Assembly (NCBI GenBank): GCA_951406725.2 | Contig: OX597821.1 | Coordinates: 80,414,001 to 80,478,000, forward strand | Length of the DNA stretch: 64,000 nucleotides | Source: Octopus vulgaris | Taxonomy: Eukaryota | Direction: 5' to 3' | Shown: positions 13,734 through 28,969 of the stretch, piece by piece | Position numbering within the stretch: the first letter of the stretch is position 1 | Layout of the letters: every line of letters starts with the position of its first letter | Position numbers and translations under genes: made by a program | The notes under the pieces: model-generated | Seen by the model: only the letters and a program-made list of their open reading frames with translations | What the model was told of the DNA's origin: nothing | The model's database searches: none

Positions 13734-14583
13734 AATATTTAGCAAATCGAAAGGCGGCGGGAAAGGAGAATCGTTAGCACGTCGGGCGAAATGCTTAGCG
13801 GTATTTCGTCTGCCGCTACGGACTGAGTTCAAATTCCGCTGTGGTCAACTTTGCCTTTCATCCTTTCGGGGTCGAGTAAATAAGTACCAGTTACGCACTG
13901 GGGTCGATATAATCGACTTAATCTCTTTGTCTGTCCTTGTTTGTTCTCTCTGTGTTTAGCCCTTTGTGGGTAGTAAAGAAATAGAAATAGGTATTTCATC
14001 TGTCTTTATGTTCTAAGTTCAAATTCCACCGAGGTTGACTTTGCCTTTCATCCCTTCGGGGTCGAGAAAGTAAGTACCAGTTGCGTACTGGGGTCGATCT
14101 AATCTCTGGCTCCCTCCTCAAAAATTTCAAGCCTTGTGCCTAGAGTAGAAAAGAATATTTAGCAAATCGAAAGGCGGCGAGCTGGCAGAAACGTTAGCAC
14201 GCTGGGCGAAATGCGTAGCCGTATTTCGTTAGCCATTACGTTCTGAGTTCAAATCCCGCCGAGGTCGACTTTGCCTTTCATCCTTTCGGGGTCGATAAAT
14301 TAAGTATCAGTTACTCACTGGGGTCGATATAATCGACTTAATCCGTCTGTCTGTCCTTGTTTGTATCCTCTGTGTTTAGCCCCTTGTGGGTAGTGAAGAA
14401 ATAGGTATGTCGTCTATCTTTACGTTCCGAGTTCAAATTCCGCTGAGGTCGACTTTGCCTTTCATCCGTTTGAGGACGATAAATAAAGTACCAGTTGCGT
14501 ACTGAGCTCAATCTAATCGACTGGCCCCTCCCCCCAAATTTCGGGTCTTGTGCCTGAAGTAGTAAAGAATATTTAGCAAATCG
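13734..14583 (+). mobile_element. Two tandem family-B SINEs (each internally dimeric) separated and bounded by three copies of a 16-bp direct repeat
   Basis: AATATTTAGCAAATCG at 13734, 14154 and 14568. Units start AAAGGCGGCG and end GCC..GAGTAG(A/T)AAAG. Confidence 0.9.
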
Positions 14584-15622
14584 CAAAGTTTTATGCAGTA
14601 GTTCCGTAGATATATTTGATGATGGGTTGTGTTTCTCCCTCAGTGTGTATTCCTCGTATCAAAGGAAATGGACTGGGTCAGCGAGAGGGAAATGACACTG
14701 TGTTTGGTCCTCTGCCAAATACTGGACACGAACTGACAACGCTGCCGTCGGAGAGCCGATATTTTTAAAACTCGGCCTGCTTTGATCATTTGATAGATGC
14801 ACGATATAAATGTGCGTGTGTGTGTGTGTGTGTGTGTATGTAAATGTACGTATATTTGTGTATGTATGTATGCATACGTAACGATCTGTAAATACGCATA
14901 CATACAAACGTGTATCATAAACGTACGTTTATGTTATAAATGCATACACTTCGTGTCCATACGCATGTATGCTTGTGTATGTGTGTCTGTATGCATTAAG
15001 TATGTATACACACACTCACACACACACGTGTATGTGTGTGTGTGCCTGTCTGTTTTCATTATGTATGTACATATATATATGTACGATTTTATGAACGTAT
15101 TGTGTGCAAACTCATTTTTAAATTGAATGCATTTATGCAGCTAAATGCGTGTGCGCGTTCATGTATCTGTTAATATATATAAACAATAACTTAGACATGT
15201 GTGTATATATATCCATGTGGTAGGCATATACAGACGCGTGCGCGCACGCACATTTGTGAGCGATTTGCTTGTTTAAATTTAATTATTTCTGAGTGTATAT
15301 GTTTACCCGTACTCATGACAACCTGACGGAATTTCTGTAATAATACTATTCTATTTCGATGATAATACTAAGGTGCAGTAGCTATTAGCAGCAGTGTGTA
15401 TGAATATGTGTATATATATATGTAGGAGAATGAGTATGCGTTTCCGAGTATTATGTGTGCGTCTATTAGTGTCTCATTTGTTTACTTTAATATTTCATAT
15501 CAATCCTTCCTTCGTTAAACTCCTTTGACGCTTTTACCAGGTCAAAAGAAAAATGTTTCTGTTTATCTAATTTATTTGTTGTTTATTGCCTCTTCTGAGC
15601 CGTTGCTGTTTTGTTGTTAATG

Positions 15623-15677
<55 letters not shown>

Positions 15678-16135
15678 CATGTTGTAATATTGGTTGTCTG
15701 TCTTGCCTTTGATATCAATCGTGTGACAGTTCACAGAAGTAGAGGTGAGATATTAAGCATTATTAAGTGTTGTTGTTAACAGCCTTGTTAGAGATTTAGT
15801 CAAACAAACATGGCGTTTTAATTCAGCAGACATTTCATCGCCGTTTCACCGGAAATAGAACGACGCCATTGTTTGATTGTCGACACAACCAAACGAGCCT
15901 CACACACATACGCACATACATATACACTGTAACTGCCACCGCCGCCGTCCCCACCATCACCACCACCACCACCACCACCGCTCCGGTATGGGAATAAGTT
16001 GAATCAACATTCCTCCAGTCATGAAAGGAGCCTTTTATCAAACGATATTAAACGAACAAACAGCAAAAGATCAACAGCAATTATTTACAGTGTGTGGACC
16101 TGGCGTAAGGAAACTGTATGATATGATGACGAAGT

Positions 16136-16228
<93 letters not shown>

Positions 16229-17237
16229 TCGACAATCGCAACAGCTACGACTGTACTGCTGCATCTTCTAATATGAAACAATTACAACAGTAAAAAATGT
16301 TTTCTTCATTATCTTTTCGTTACCATTAACAGCAACAACAACAACAGCAATAACAAAATCAACAATAACAACAACGACAACAGCAACAACAACAACTGTT
16401 ATTGCTAATGCTACAATTACTGTTATTGATACAAAACAAAAGCAACAGAATCGATAACAATAATTACAACAATATTTTTTTATCTTTATTAATAATGATA
16501 AGCTTTTGTTTTACAGCAACAACACCAAGAACAATTACTACGACACGATCAAACAAAAATACACCAGAAGAAACAATGAAAGCAACTAGAGCGGAAAGCA
16601 CGTTCAAAGTGCATTGAAACTTTCTTAAATTTAATTTTAAACGCTACAATATATCTTTAATCTTCACGTGAGACAAACCTAAACAATTTTTATCAGGTGA
16701 CTGACAATGTATCTACAAACCAAAGCTTCAGTCATGCACAATTCATCGATTGTAATGGTTACAATTTACTCAGGTAAAACATATAATGGATATTAAATGT
16801 GAAATTTTAATTTAATTTGTTCTGGGTTTTCATAACAGCAACTTAAATATCGATTTTATTCAAACGATTTAAGATAAATCTTTTGTGTCTTACTTTTCTA
16901 AGTGAAGTTTTTTGTTAAATATAGCACGAGTATATTTATGGCGAGTGTTGTACAATATGTAGACTCATACACAACGGAATCTTTTAGCTCCTTAGAACTG
17001 CAACTCCCTAAAACTTACACTGCATGGTTGCGTAGTTAAAAAGCTAGCATTGCTACCTTGTGATTTGGATTCAGTCCCACTGTGCGGTATCCTCGAGAGG
17101 GAATCTAGCAAATGGAAATTGTGTGGAAGCCCGTGAATATGTGTGTGTGTTCGACAAAAACAGACAGATAAAATAAATAGTAGATTCAAAATAAGTATCG
17201 TGGGAGTGTGTATATACATCATTGATATATACACATA

Positions 17238-17424
17238 GGCGCAGGAGTGGCTCTGTGGTAAGTAGCTTACTTCCCAACCACATGGTTCTGAGTTCGATAT
17301 CAATGCGTGGCACATTAGGCAAGTGTTTTCTACTATAGCCTCAGGCCGACCAAAGCCTCCTGAGTGAATTTGGTAGACGGAAACTGAGGGAAGCCCGTCG
17401 TATATGTGTACATGTATATGTACT

Positions 17425-17455
<31 letters not shown>

Positions 17456-17670
17456 CTTTGAGTTTGTATTGTCCTCCTACATCACTTGACAATCGCTGCT
17501 GGCGTGTTTACGTCCTCGTAACTTAGCGGTTCAGATAAAACAAGATCGATAGGATAAGTACCAAGTTTAAAAAAATTAAGTACTGGGGTCGATACATTCG
17601 TCTAAAAATTCTTCAAGGCGGTGCTCCAGCATGGCCACAGTCAAATAACTGAAACTAGTAAAATAAATAA
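17238..17670 (+). mobile_element. Family A SINE
   Basis: Same head, core and tail as 10804-11182. Confidence 0.88.
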
Positions 17671-18295
17671 ATTCCTCTCCGGTACATTTTCTGTTTAGGT
17701 TTGTACACTTTGTGTGTTTGAACAATAGCAGCGAAAGTAACGTGGAAAAGCTACAACCAGGATTCGAGATCAAGGTGCACGATTTTGCTCGAAAGTAGCA
17801 TTGCTTTCAATTACTCTGCGCTCACCACACCTCTATAATATATAATATAGTTATCAATCACAGGTGTGTAATTCTTTTTTTTTTTTTTTATTCTTTATAA
17901 ATGTGTATTTATCGTTGGATTAGGTTTCTGCGCCTGGGTTCGTTTATCGCAAAGGACTTCCTCTTTTTTGAAATAAACAATGCCACATTTGCATCATACG
18001 ACCAGAACTACCCTACGGGTACTATACTAGGCGCGGGACATTGAGAGTCAATAATATGGAGCAAGTTATCAGAATTTCCGGTACTCATTGCAGAACCCCT
18101 ATCACACATTGTAATTTGAGATATAGATATGTCGTTCCATGAACGACCAGTTTTGATTACAAGAAGACAGCCTTATCTGCGATTATTATGAATTTCAATT
18201 CAAGACAGAAATTTCTTGAATTTCTATTCAAGATAGACCAACAAAGACGTACGCGATCGCTTGGATTGCACGAAATATTTCATTTATTTCTTTAA

Positions 18296-18981
<686 letters not shown>

Positions 18982-20173
18982 ACTACACAACTATACCTGC
19001 GTATTTATATATTCATTTTATTACACATTGTATCAAGGGCTACACAATCCAGTGCCATTTTTCTTCTTAATACAGCCTGATTCGAGAGGAAGATAGCTGC
19101 TACTTTTGTAGATCACGATCATGTACAAGCTCCTTCGCTGTAATGAATATAGCAATGAGTGAGCAACGAGTGGATGCTAGTTTGAGGTCGCAGGGAAAAA
19201 TTAAATAACAGTGTTTACTTATTTAGGCAAGTAGGGTGTAGTCTATGCTTTGCTTTAAGAATTATAAAAGTGTAGAAATGAATTAGTCCTCCAAATTACT
19301 TTGAAAGATCATTAAAATTATATTAGACATTTAGGTAATATTTTCTTCATTCATAATTATTTCTAATTAGATATTCTGGCGCTCACCCACATTAAATATA
19401 ATACTAGCTTTATTATTATTGTTGTTAAAAGTGCACAATATCGTTGAGATATTAACTCCGTTCTTTGTATTTTATTCTTATTGAAACATAAATCAGACAA
19501 GATAATAATGAGTTACAATAATTTTAATTACAACTGTACGTACGATAATTGTTACTATATGCGCGTGTATGGGTGTGTGCGCATACGTATCGGGATTGAT
19601 GTACGCGCGCGCGCATACACAAACACACACGCACACACATACTGGCTGCTTGTTTCTCTAGAATTGATGATATTGATGTGGGCACCTCTGATAGTAACCC
19701 ATTTCGAAAAGCGATTGAAGCTGTTCATTATCTTTTTCTATCTACGGCGAAATAGAGAAATAGCTAAATTTGTCCTCTTTATATAACTGCTATAATATAT
19801 CGCCTTGAAGCTCAGATGGATGTGTGTGTGTGTGTGTGTTATACGTTGCTTCAAGATGTTTCCTTTAGGAAATAGCAATGCAGCTTCTAGTATCACTTTT
19901 GGATATGTTCTAGCGCCAGCTTTGTCATATCCTCGATGAAACATTTTGCAAATTGTAAATAAACTAGCACACATTAATTTTTTTTTATTCGTACACACTT
20001 TAACTTAGTGACTATAGTTAAATATAGTACTAAAGTATATATCTAATACACACACACACACTGCATGTATAATATATATGCATTTCGAATAGTCATCAAA
20101 ACGATACAAATGTTGCTGATCGGATTGGCAAACGTCTAGTTTTCTTCAGATCATTATAAATATATATATATAA

Positions 20174-20204
<31 letters not shown>

Positions 20205-20207
20205 TAT

Positions 20208-20600
20208 AGGAGTGGTTGTTGGGTAAGAAGTTTCCTTACCAACCACATGGTTCCGGGTTCAGTCCCACTGCGTTGCACCTTGGGCAAATGCCTTCTCGGG
20301 CCGACCAAAGCTTTGTGGGTGGATTTGGTAGACGGAAACTGAAAAGAAACCCGTCGTATATATGCATGTGTATATATATGTGTATGTGTGTCTGTGTTTG
20401 TCCCCCAACATCGCTTGACAACCGATGCTGGTGTGTTTACGTACCCGTAACTTAGCGGTTAGGCAAAAGGGACCTATAGAATAAGTACTAAGCTTACAAA
20501 GAATAAGTCCTGGGATCGATTTGCTTGACTAAAGGCGGTGCTCCAGCATGGCCACAGTCAAATGACCGAAACAAGTAAAAGAGTAAAGAGTAAAGAGAGT
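20208..20600 (+). mobile_element. Family A SINE
   Basis: Same conserved blocks, with a (GTAAAGA)n tail. Confidence 0.88.
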
Positions 20601-22283
20601 ATGTATGTATGAATCGTCGTTAACAGATTAACAGACATATAAAAGCCAACCAGTCACTTTTTGTTTCTGAAAATCATGTTGGTTGATAGTATAAATTATT
20701 TCAATTTTCCTACTCACAGAGCAATGTATAGCATAACCAATGTAACACCAGAGAGTAATATCTTGTTTTGAGTTCAAATTGCGCATGAAGCGTCTTTGCT
20801 TTTCATCCTTTAAAGCCGATAAAATAGATGTCATTGAAGCATTGAGGTAGATTAAATCGACTAACTATGTCTCTAGAAATATGTGATGTTGTGCCAATAT
20901 TTATGTTTCCCCAATACGAGGACGATGTATGGCGGAATGGGTTGAGAGTGATGCAAAATACCTTGAGGTCATTGGTTACAATTTAAACGATTCTGCTTAT
21001 CTTTTGAATACGTGCCAATGGACCAATATTAGTGATCAATATCTTCTAAAATTCTTAACTAATTTTTCGAGTTATAGTTAACTTCGGGAAAGCAGTCGTA
21101 GCGGTGAGATTTCAGTTCTGATCTAAGCATCTTCTGTGTTCAAGGTTAGCTAAGGATAGATTTACATTTCATCCCTTTATGTATTCAGAAAAAAAAGTTT
21201 TACTTTTAGCCTCGTTTATCACTGATTCATGCATCACTGACCCATAAACACGGTACACTCCGTTGTGAACCATGTTGTATTCATGACGAATTGATCTTAG
21301 ATAACATGGGTCGGCAATCAGTCGAAGATTCTGCTTTGTGGCGTAAAAATGCGCCCCAGAAACCGAGAATGCAACTATCAAGAATGCACTGATTATCGCT
21401 TGTGCTTACATGACCATACCACAAGGCAGCGTACATTTTATACAAATTTATGTAACTATATCCATTAACAGGGAACCAGTGGACAGACGTGTCCGATATC
21501 AACATGTTGGTGAGTATATTCCCTCCTGAAATCAAGAAACAAACCTGACGGTTGAATCTTCGCTGTGGTGGGCCACGTGATTGGTTTCGCTGAATTTACT
21601 ATTCATTCCATTTACAACGTGTGTGAGAGTGGTTTGTTTATCACGGATTTATTTATCATTGTTTTTGTTTTGGAACCACACACCCGTGATAAACGAGGAT
21701 AGATATACTAATATCAAGAATTTCAAGTAGATAATTTATACTCTCCTCAAATAAATTTGTGGCCTTTTTGACAGGATATAATATCAAATATATTTTTCAA
21801 ATTAAATGGCTCATATTCATAAATTGCATCACAAAGAACTGCATTTGTCAGCGTATAAGACGCCTCTTCATATTTTCAAGTGTATCCAACGATTGCCCTC
21901 CGTCTAATGCCGTCAAATGACAGATGTAAAACCGAGTGTCGTAGGCAAGGGAGCTGCATAAGCTTTATATTTAGTTACGTCCTTTTCTTACATCAAATGG
22001 ATGGAATGAAGACGAGCGTGAGTAATGCATTTGTTCATTAAAATACTATCAGAGGTATATCAACATTTAAATGCTAATTTTGAACACACTTCTGTAGTAT
22101 ATATATAACCGAAGACTGTTTGATTTCATTATTTTTCTTCTTTTTTTGCCATATGTGAGTTACAAATATTGTTGTCTGTGGAGACGATTTTTTGTAGTAA
22201 AAGGAAATAGTAGTCCTTTGGCTGCTATTTCTAAAATTTTCGGTATGTGGTCAAGCAACTTGTTGCAAAAACCCTTATTGTTA

Positions 22284-22340
<57 letters not shown>

Positions 22341-22344
22341 TATT

Positions 22345-22716
22345 TTCGCTTTTACTCTTTTAGTTGTTTCAGTCATTTGACTACGGCCATGCTGGAGCAC
22401 CGCCTTTAGTCGAGCAAATCGACCCAGAGCTTATTCTTTGTAACCCTAGGACTTATTCTGTCGGTCTATTTTGCCGATCCGCTAAGTTACGGGGACGTAA
22501 ACACACCAGCATCGGTTGTCAAGGAATGTTGTGGGGACAACACAGATACAAATATATACACACACATATAGATATACATATATATATATACATACACGAC
22601 GGGCTTCTTCCAGTTTCCGTCAACCAAGTCCACTCACAAGGTGCTACGCAGTGAGATTGAACCCGGCACCATGTGGTTGGTAAGCAAACTACTTACCTCA
22701 CAGCCACTCCTGCGCC
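22345..22716 (-). mobile_element. Family A SINE
   Basis: Reverse complement of the family A consensus. Confidence 0.88.
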
Positions 22717-23021
22717 TACATATATATACATTTAATATTTTGGACTAATGGGTATATGTCGATTAATGAGTTGAAGTGTGGAGTAGCAGCGGCACAGTTA
22801 GGGTCACCTGGTGTCATCCGCAGGCGAAGTATATTTCCATTGGATCTACTTCAAGAACTCCGTAATGTTAGTTGAGATAATGAGAATTGATTAAGTAATT
22901 AAGTAATCAGAAGATGGATAAGATGGGTCGAAATGATCGTTATACAAAATAAGGATTAATACCAAATCCACCCTCTGGTTACTTAATCAATTATCATTAT
23001 ATATATCATTATATATATATA

Positions 23022-23315
23022 TCACGTGATCACGTGACCGACCAGACCATCAGATGTTGTTACACATCGCTGGTCACAATGCGTTCGCAATGTTTTAGCC
23101 TTCGAATGACGCCACCCCGCTGGCTAAGCGAGCAGGCCAATAGAAGAAAGAGTGAGAGAAAGAGTGGTGAAAGAGTACAGCAGGGATCACCACCCCCTGC
23201 CGGAGCCTCGTGGAACTTTTAGGTGTTTTCGCTCTATAAACACTCACTGGGAATCGAAACCTCGATCCTGCGACCGCGAGTCCGCTGCCCCTAACCACTA
23301 GGCCATTGCGCCTCC
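23022..23315 (-). mobile_element. tRNA-derived SINE (family E here)
   Basis: Minus-strand head GGAGGCGCAATGGCCTAGTGGTTAGG...GGTTTCGATTCCC (A and B boxes). Tail is CACGTGAT repeats. Confidence 0.75.
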
Positions 23316-23361
<46 letters not shown>

Positions 23362-23364
<3 letters not shown>

Positions 23365-23512
23365 GCGGGAGAGGTATGCAGTAATATACATCTGGAAGAT
23401 TCTGGAAGGAATTGTGTCAAATTTTGGCATTGAAAGCTACACCAATGCCAGAACGGGACGACACTGCATAGTGCCAAAGATCCCAGCAACGCCATCGCGC
23501 TTCAGGACCACA
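23362..23512 (+). mobile_element. CR1-clade LINE ORF2 C-terminal fragment
   Basis: WRERYAVIYIWKILEG is similar to RRERYIICTMWRI in the LINE at 31856-32635. Confidence 0.65.
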
Positions 23513-23872
23513 TAATGAAGAAATAAATGGGATAATTATACCCTTATACAGCACAACTAATTAGTGCTCTAATAGAGGCTCGGGAATATAAAAAATATAT
23601 ACTTGCTCAAGATCCCTCTTAAAATCATTTTATACCAACTTTCTCATCTATTTGGATTACCGCTATACATTCACCATCCGCATATTTTAATATCCTCATT
23701 GATTTTAATACGGACATACAACCTCGCAAGTACATTTATGTATTTTTATATATTTGTATATTTAAGAATTTTTCTATTATATCTTGTGTACTGCCGAGTA
23801 GTCCGACCCTTTGAAATATATTGAGTGAATATGAACACTGACCTTTGAAATTTGTTCTCTCTTTCTTTGTTT

Positions 23873-23909
<37 letters not shown>

Positions 23910-23912
<3 letters not shown>

Positions 23913-24553
23913 ACTTTTAAACTAGGGCAACAGAAAATATTCCAATGCCAAATATGCCGAAAATAGACAAAATTGTCAATAACCATATAATTCATCACTA
24001 TAAGCACGCGTCTCGAAGCAAGTCGACAGAAATTTCTAAAAATTCCGTTATAATCATATCGGCCCCGATTTCAGAGTTAATTCATAAGAATTTTCTCCTC
24101 GTCAGTGACAAATACGATAAGAAATAAATAAAATACTTACTTATACCCATGGAAGAAGCAAACACTAAGTCATGAGCACAATTAAGTACCCCAAATATAT
24201 CCAAAATAGAAATTCTCCAGCACACCTCGAGACACGTGCGATCGGACTGAAAACTCTCATAGAGTGAGAGAGGCCGGAAATGAACACTATTAAATTTACA
24301 TCTAATACAGGATAACATTTTTCGAAAAAAATTCTATCAATGGCCAGCATATTAAAAAATAACTTTAAAGGTTAAATTTATAAACAACTTATAAACAAGG
24401 GCAAAAGAAAAGATTCCACGGCATATTTGGCATTGGAATTTTTTCTTTTGCCCTTGTTTATAAGTTGTTTATAAATTTAACCTTTAGAGGTATTTTTTAA
24501 TATGCTGGCCATTGATAGAATTTTTTCGAAAAATTTTATCCTATATTAGATGT
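23910..24553. mobile_element. Penelope-type pLTR-like unit with a direct repeat plus a long inverted repeat, flanked by microsatellites
   Basis: 23910-23945 repeats at 24386-24418. 24298-24418 and 24435-24553 are inverted arms. A decayed minus-strand hammerhead core (CTGACGAG) lies at 24098-24105. Confidence 0.6.
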
Positions 24554-24556
24554 GTG

Positions 24557-24605
<49 letters not shown>

Positions 24606-24852
24606 CTTAGCTAACACATTAGAATATAAGTTACGATGTTCAATGTGACTGCTTTACTTAATACACCTTTGAAAAAGTATAGAAAAAGTTGACAATTGGC
24701 AAAGTCGTATAACAATCGGTTATAGTCGGTAGTAACCGGCAGCAATCGGTGACAATCCCAAATAATTCACTGCAATTTTTTTTTTACTTTTATTTTCTTA
24801 TAGATATTTGAATTTCATTTTTGTAATTACAATATTGTTTTTTTTATCGTTG

Positions 24853-24944
<92 letters not shown>

Positions 24945-25803
24945 TACTGGAGGGGTATACTTCAAAATGAATTGTCCAGGTGTTACTTCGCAGGTAAACT
25001 AAATGTGTATGCATATATATAATCCGAGAGTATAAGTGTGTGTGTGGTGTGTGGTGTGGTGTGTGTGTGTGTGGTGTGTGGTGTGGTGTGTGTGCGTGTG
25101 TGTGTGTAAAAGATTGTAAAGAATGTGTGAAAATTACTTTGGCATTCGTAGATTTGGAATTTATATAGAGTCACATAACTGACAGATTCTGGTATTTTCT
25201 GTAAAGAATAAAAATAGAAATAAAAAATACATGAGAAAAGTATGTATACAGCAGAGCTGTGTATAAATATGTACCTATATATGAATATATATAAGTGTAT
25301 AGACATATGTACATGAGTATACATACATACATATATATATATATGTATATACACACACACATATATATGTACATATATGTATGTATGTATGTATGTATGT
25401 TTATATATATATATATATATTAGTATGTGTGTATGTGTGTATGTGCATATCCAGATATGTACTTATAGGTGTATATACATGTGTGTATATATGTGTCTGT
25501 GCGTGCATGTGCGTGCATGTGTATACGTATATATGCATATATATATATACACGTATACATACATATATATATATTTATACATACATAATAGATACACAGG
25601 TATATTAATTTTCACATGTGTTAGTAAGTAGGTAGGTAACGCGATAGATAAATAGAGATTCTCTCTCTCTCCCGCTTGTCTCAGCCGACTACGATCTCGT
25701 GACTGACATTTTCGTCCAATCACAGTCCAGCTTGTTGCCATTGTTATTGTCATTCTTGTTATTATTATTTATTTCTGTTGTTTCTACTGTTAATTGTTAT
25801 TAC

Positions 25804-25834
<31 letters not shown>

Positions 25835-26627
25835 GTTGTTGTTGTTTGTTGTTGTTGATGTTGTTGTCGCAAAAAGCTCCGCCTGAAACACCTGAAGAGT
25901 CTTCTGATCCTTAATTATGGAAGCTATTCCATTCTCACGCCTAACTTTTCAGCAACGGTAGAGAATTTCCACAAACGTCTAAACGGGTTTCCCACGAACG
26001 TTTGTGAATACTTGCGCAACAAGTTGCTACGTTTTCTTAGAACTGAAGCATCTTGATACAAAAATCCTGTGAATGACCTAAATACAAGCATTAAGAAGTA
26101 TTTAAGAAGACCTCTTTATTATAACTAGGAAAATTGTTGGAGTAAACATATGTGTATATATATAAATACGCACTTTCCTATGCGTGTGTGCTTTGTGTAT
26201 GTGTGTGTCCAGCACATAAATACACTCACATACAATTGAAATAAAAGGTTTAGATTATTTTAAGAAAAAGGCTGAATCATTTGGAATTCGTATAGGTAAT
26301 ACAGCTCTATGTAGTTGTGTGTGTGTGTGTGTGTGTGTACCTGTGTGTATCTATGTGTGTGTGTGTATGAGTTTGCGTATTTGTGTATCAATGAGTATTA
26401 GTGTGCGTTTTTGTATGTGTGTGTGTGTATTGATACATGAGCTTGTCTGCATACATACAGTTGCATATATATATATATGAGAGTGTGTGTCTGGGTATGC
26501 ATACCTATATGTGTGAGTATGTATGTATTTACACGCTTGTATATATATACGTATATCTAATATATATACATACACACCACAGAAACACGCATATACATAC
26601 AAACATGCCACTCACACACACACACAC

Positions 26628-26660
<33 letters not shown>

Positions 26661-27427
26661 AATAAATATATATATATATATATGGAGAGGTGTATACAAT
26701 ATATATATATATATGAAAGTATGTATCGCTCTCACATGCATAAAAATAAAAGAGACTTTCTTTTTGAGGAAGCTACAAGAGGAAGAGAAGGAGAATTTTC
26801 AACCCCCCCCCAAAAAAAATAATAATAATCCCTCCCTACCACTCAAAAAAAAAAAGTAACTGGGATCATATTTAAACAATTATCTATTATTAATAGTGTT
26901 GTATATATTTATGTTATTGACTTCTCTTCTGCCTCGTATTGACAATAGCTCCGTTGTGACGTTCAAGATAGGTTTTTACCCTCTCCCGAATCTTTTCTCT
27001 CTTCCTATCCGTCTATATGTCAGTCTCTCTCCCACCTCCTTCTCACTCTCTCTGTTTCTCTCTTTCCTTCTTTCTTTCTTATTTTTCTTTCTTTCCTCTT
27101 CATCGGTTTACAAGGGGTTTCTTCACTGATATTCCCTTTTACTCTCTCTTTATCAGTTTATTTATTTATTTAATTATTTTCATTTTATTGTTTAGTACTT
27201 CTATTTTTGGTGACTTTTTGATGGTCTTCAAATTGCTGATTTTCAATATGTGCGTATGTATGTGCATGCATGGATATGTATATGTATATATATATGTGTG
27301 TGTGTGAGTGTGTGTATGTGAGTGTATATTTGTATCTGTGTACAGCTATGTGTGTATATATGTGTGTATATGTGTGTATGTATTTGTGTACATATATATT
27401 TATACACATACATAGATATACATATAA

Positions 27428-27835
27428 GCACAGGAATGGCTGTGCGGTAAGTAGCTTGCCTACAACCACATGGTTCCAGGTTCAGTCCCATTGCGTGGCA
27501 CTTTAGGCAAGTGTCTTCTACAATAGCTTCGGGCTGACCAAAGCCTTATGAGTGTATTTGGTAGATGGAAACAGAAAGAAGCTCGACGTATATATATGTG
27601 TGTGTATGTGTGTGCGTGTGTGTGTGTGTGTGCGTGTTTGTGTGTCTGTGTTTGTCCCCCCAACGTCGCTTGACAACCGATGCTGGTGAGTTTACGTCCC
27701 CGTAACTTAGTGGTTCGGCAAAACAGACCGACAGAATAAGTACCAGGCATACAAAGAATAAGTCCTGGTCGATTTGCTCGACTAAATTCGGCGCTCCAGC
27801 ATGGCCGCAATCAAATGACTGATACACATAAAAGA
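27428..27835 (+). mobile_element. Family A SINE
   Basis: Conserved family A blocks. Confidence 0.88.
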
Positions 27836-27839
27836 ATTC

Positions 27840-27882
<43 letters not shown>

Positions 27883-27943
27883 TCGTTAGCCACTACACAC
27901 ATTTTTTTTTCTCATTGTTTCTCTCCTTGTTTTTTCTGTGTCC

Positions 27944-27979
27944 CTTTCTGTAGAAGAGCGTAGGCTCGAAACGTAAAAG
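27944..27979 (+). ncRNA. Minimal type I hammerhead ribozyme variant (A6U, extra A)
   Basis: cttt-CTGTAGA-A-GAGC-gtag-GCTC-GAAA-CG-TA-aaag. Confidence 0.6.
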
Positions 27980-28292
27980 ACTTTTTCTATTCCTGAGCGT
28001 TATACTAATATATCTCTTTGTTTTGTACACCACCTGTCTTCATCTTTTGTTTTTTCGTAAACTCTTCACTATATATATATATATATGTATGTATGTGTTT
28101 GTATATGTATATATGTATATATGTGTGTGTATATATACACACACACGCATATATATAAATATACATATACATACATACTTACATATATATATTATTTATG
28201 TGTGTACATTTCCATTTTCCTGAGCGCCTAATAATAATAATACTGTAATTGTTCCACGTGTTGTTGTTTTTTCTGTTTTCCCGTTTGGATTA

Positions 28293-28398
<106 letters not shown>

Positions 28399-28409
28399 TC
28401 AAACAGATG

Positions 28410-28516
<107 letters not shown>

Positions 28517-28815
28517 GTTAATCCAAACGGAAAAAGAAAAACAACAACACGTGGAACAATTCATATTATTATTAAGGCGCTCAGAAAATAAATGTACACA
28601 CATAAATAATATATATATGTAAGTATGTATGTATATGTATATTTATATATATGCGTGTGTGTGTATATATACACACATATATACATATATACATATACAA
28701 ACACATACATACATATATATATATATATAAGTGAAGAGTTTACGAAAAACAAAAGATGAAGCAGGTGTGTACAAAACAAAGAGATATATTAGTATAACGC
28801 TCAGAATAGAAAAGT

Positions 28816-28849
28816 CTTTTACGTTTCGAGCCTACTCTTCTACAGAAAG
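28816..28849 (-). ncRNA. Inverted copy of the 27944 hammerhead with a 2-nt deletion in stem II
   Basis: Minus strand reads cttt-CTGTAGA-A-GAGTAGGCTC-GAAA-CG-TA-aaag. Confidence 0.45.
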
Positions 28850-28901
28850 GGACACAAAAAACAAGGAGAAACAATGAGAAAAAAATGTGTGTAGTGGCTA
28901 A

Positions 28902-28965
<64 letters not shown>

Positions 28966-28969
<4 letters not shown>

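Noticed and set aside
13734-14583. Regularly spaced direct repeats resembling a CRISPR array
   Set aside because: The spacers are ~400 bp homologous SINEs in eukaryotic DNA and no cas genes are present.
21100-22060. Possible decayed DNA-transposon coding sequence
   Set aside because: I could not read any diagnostic motif with confidence.
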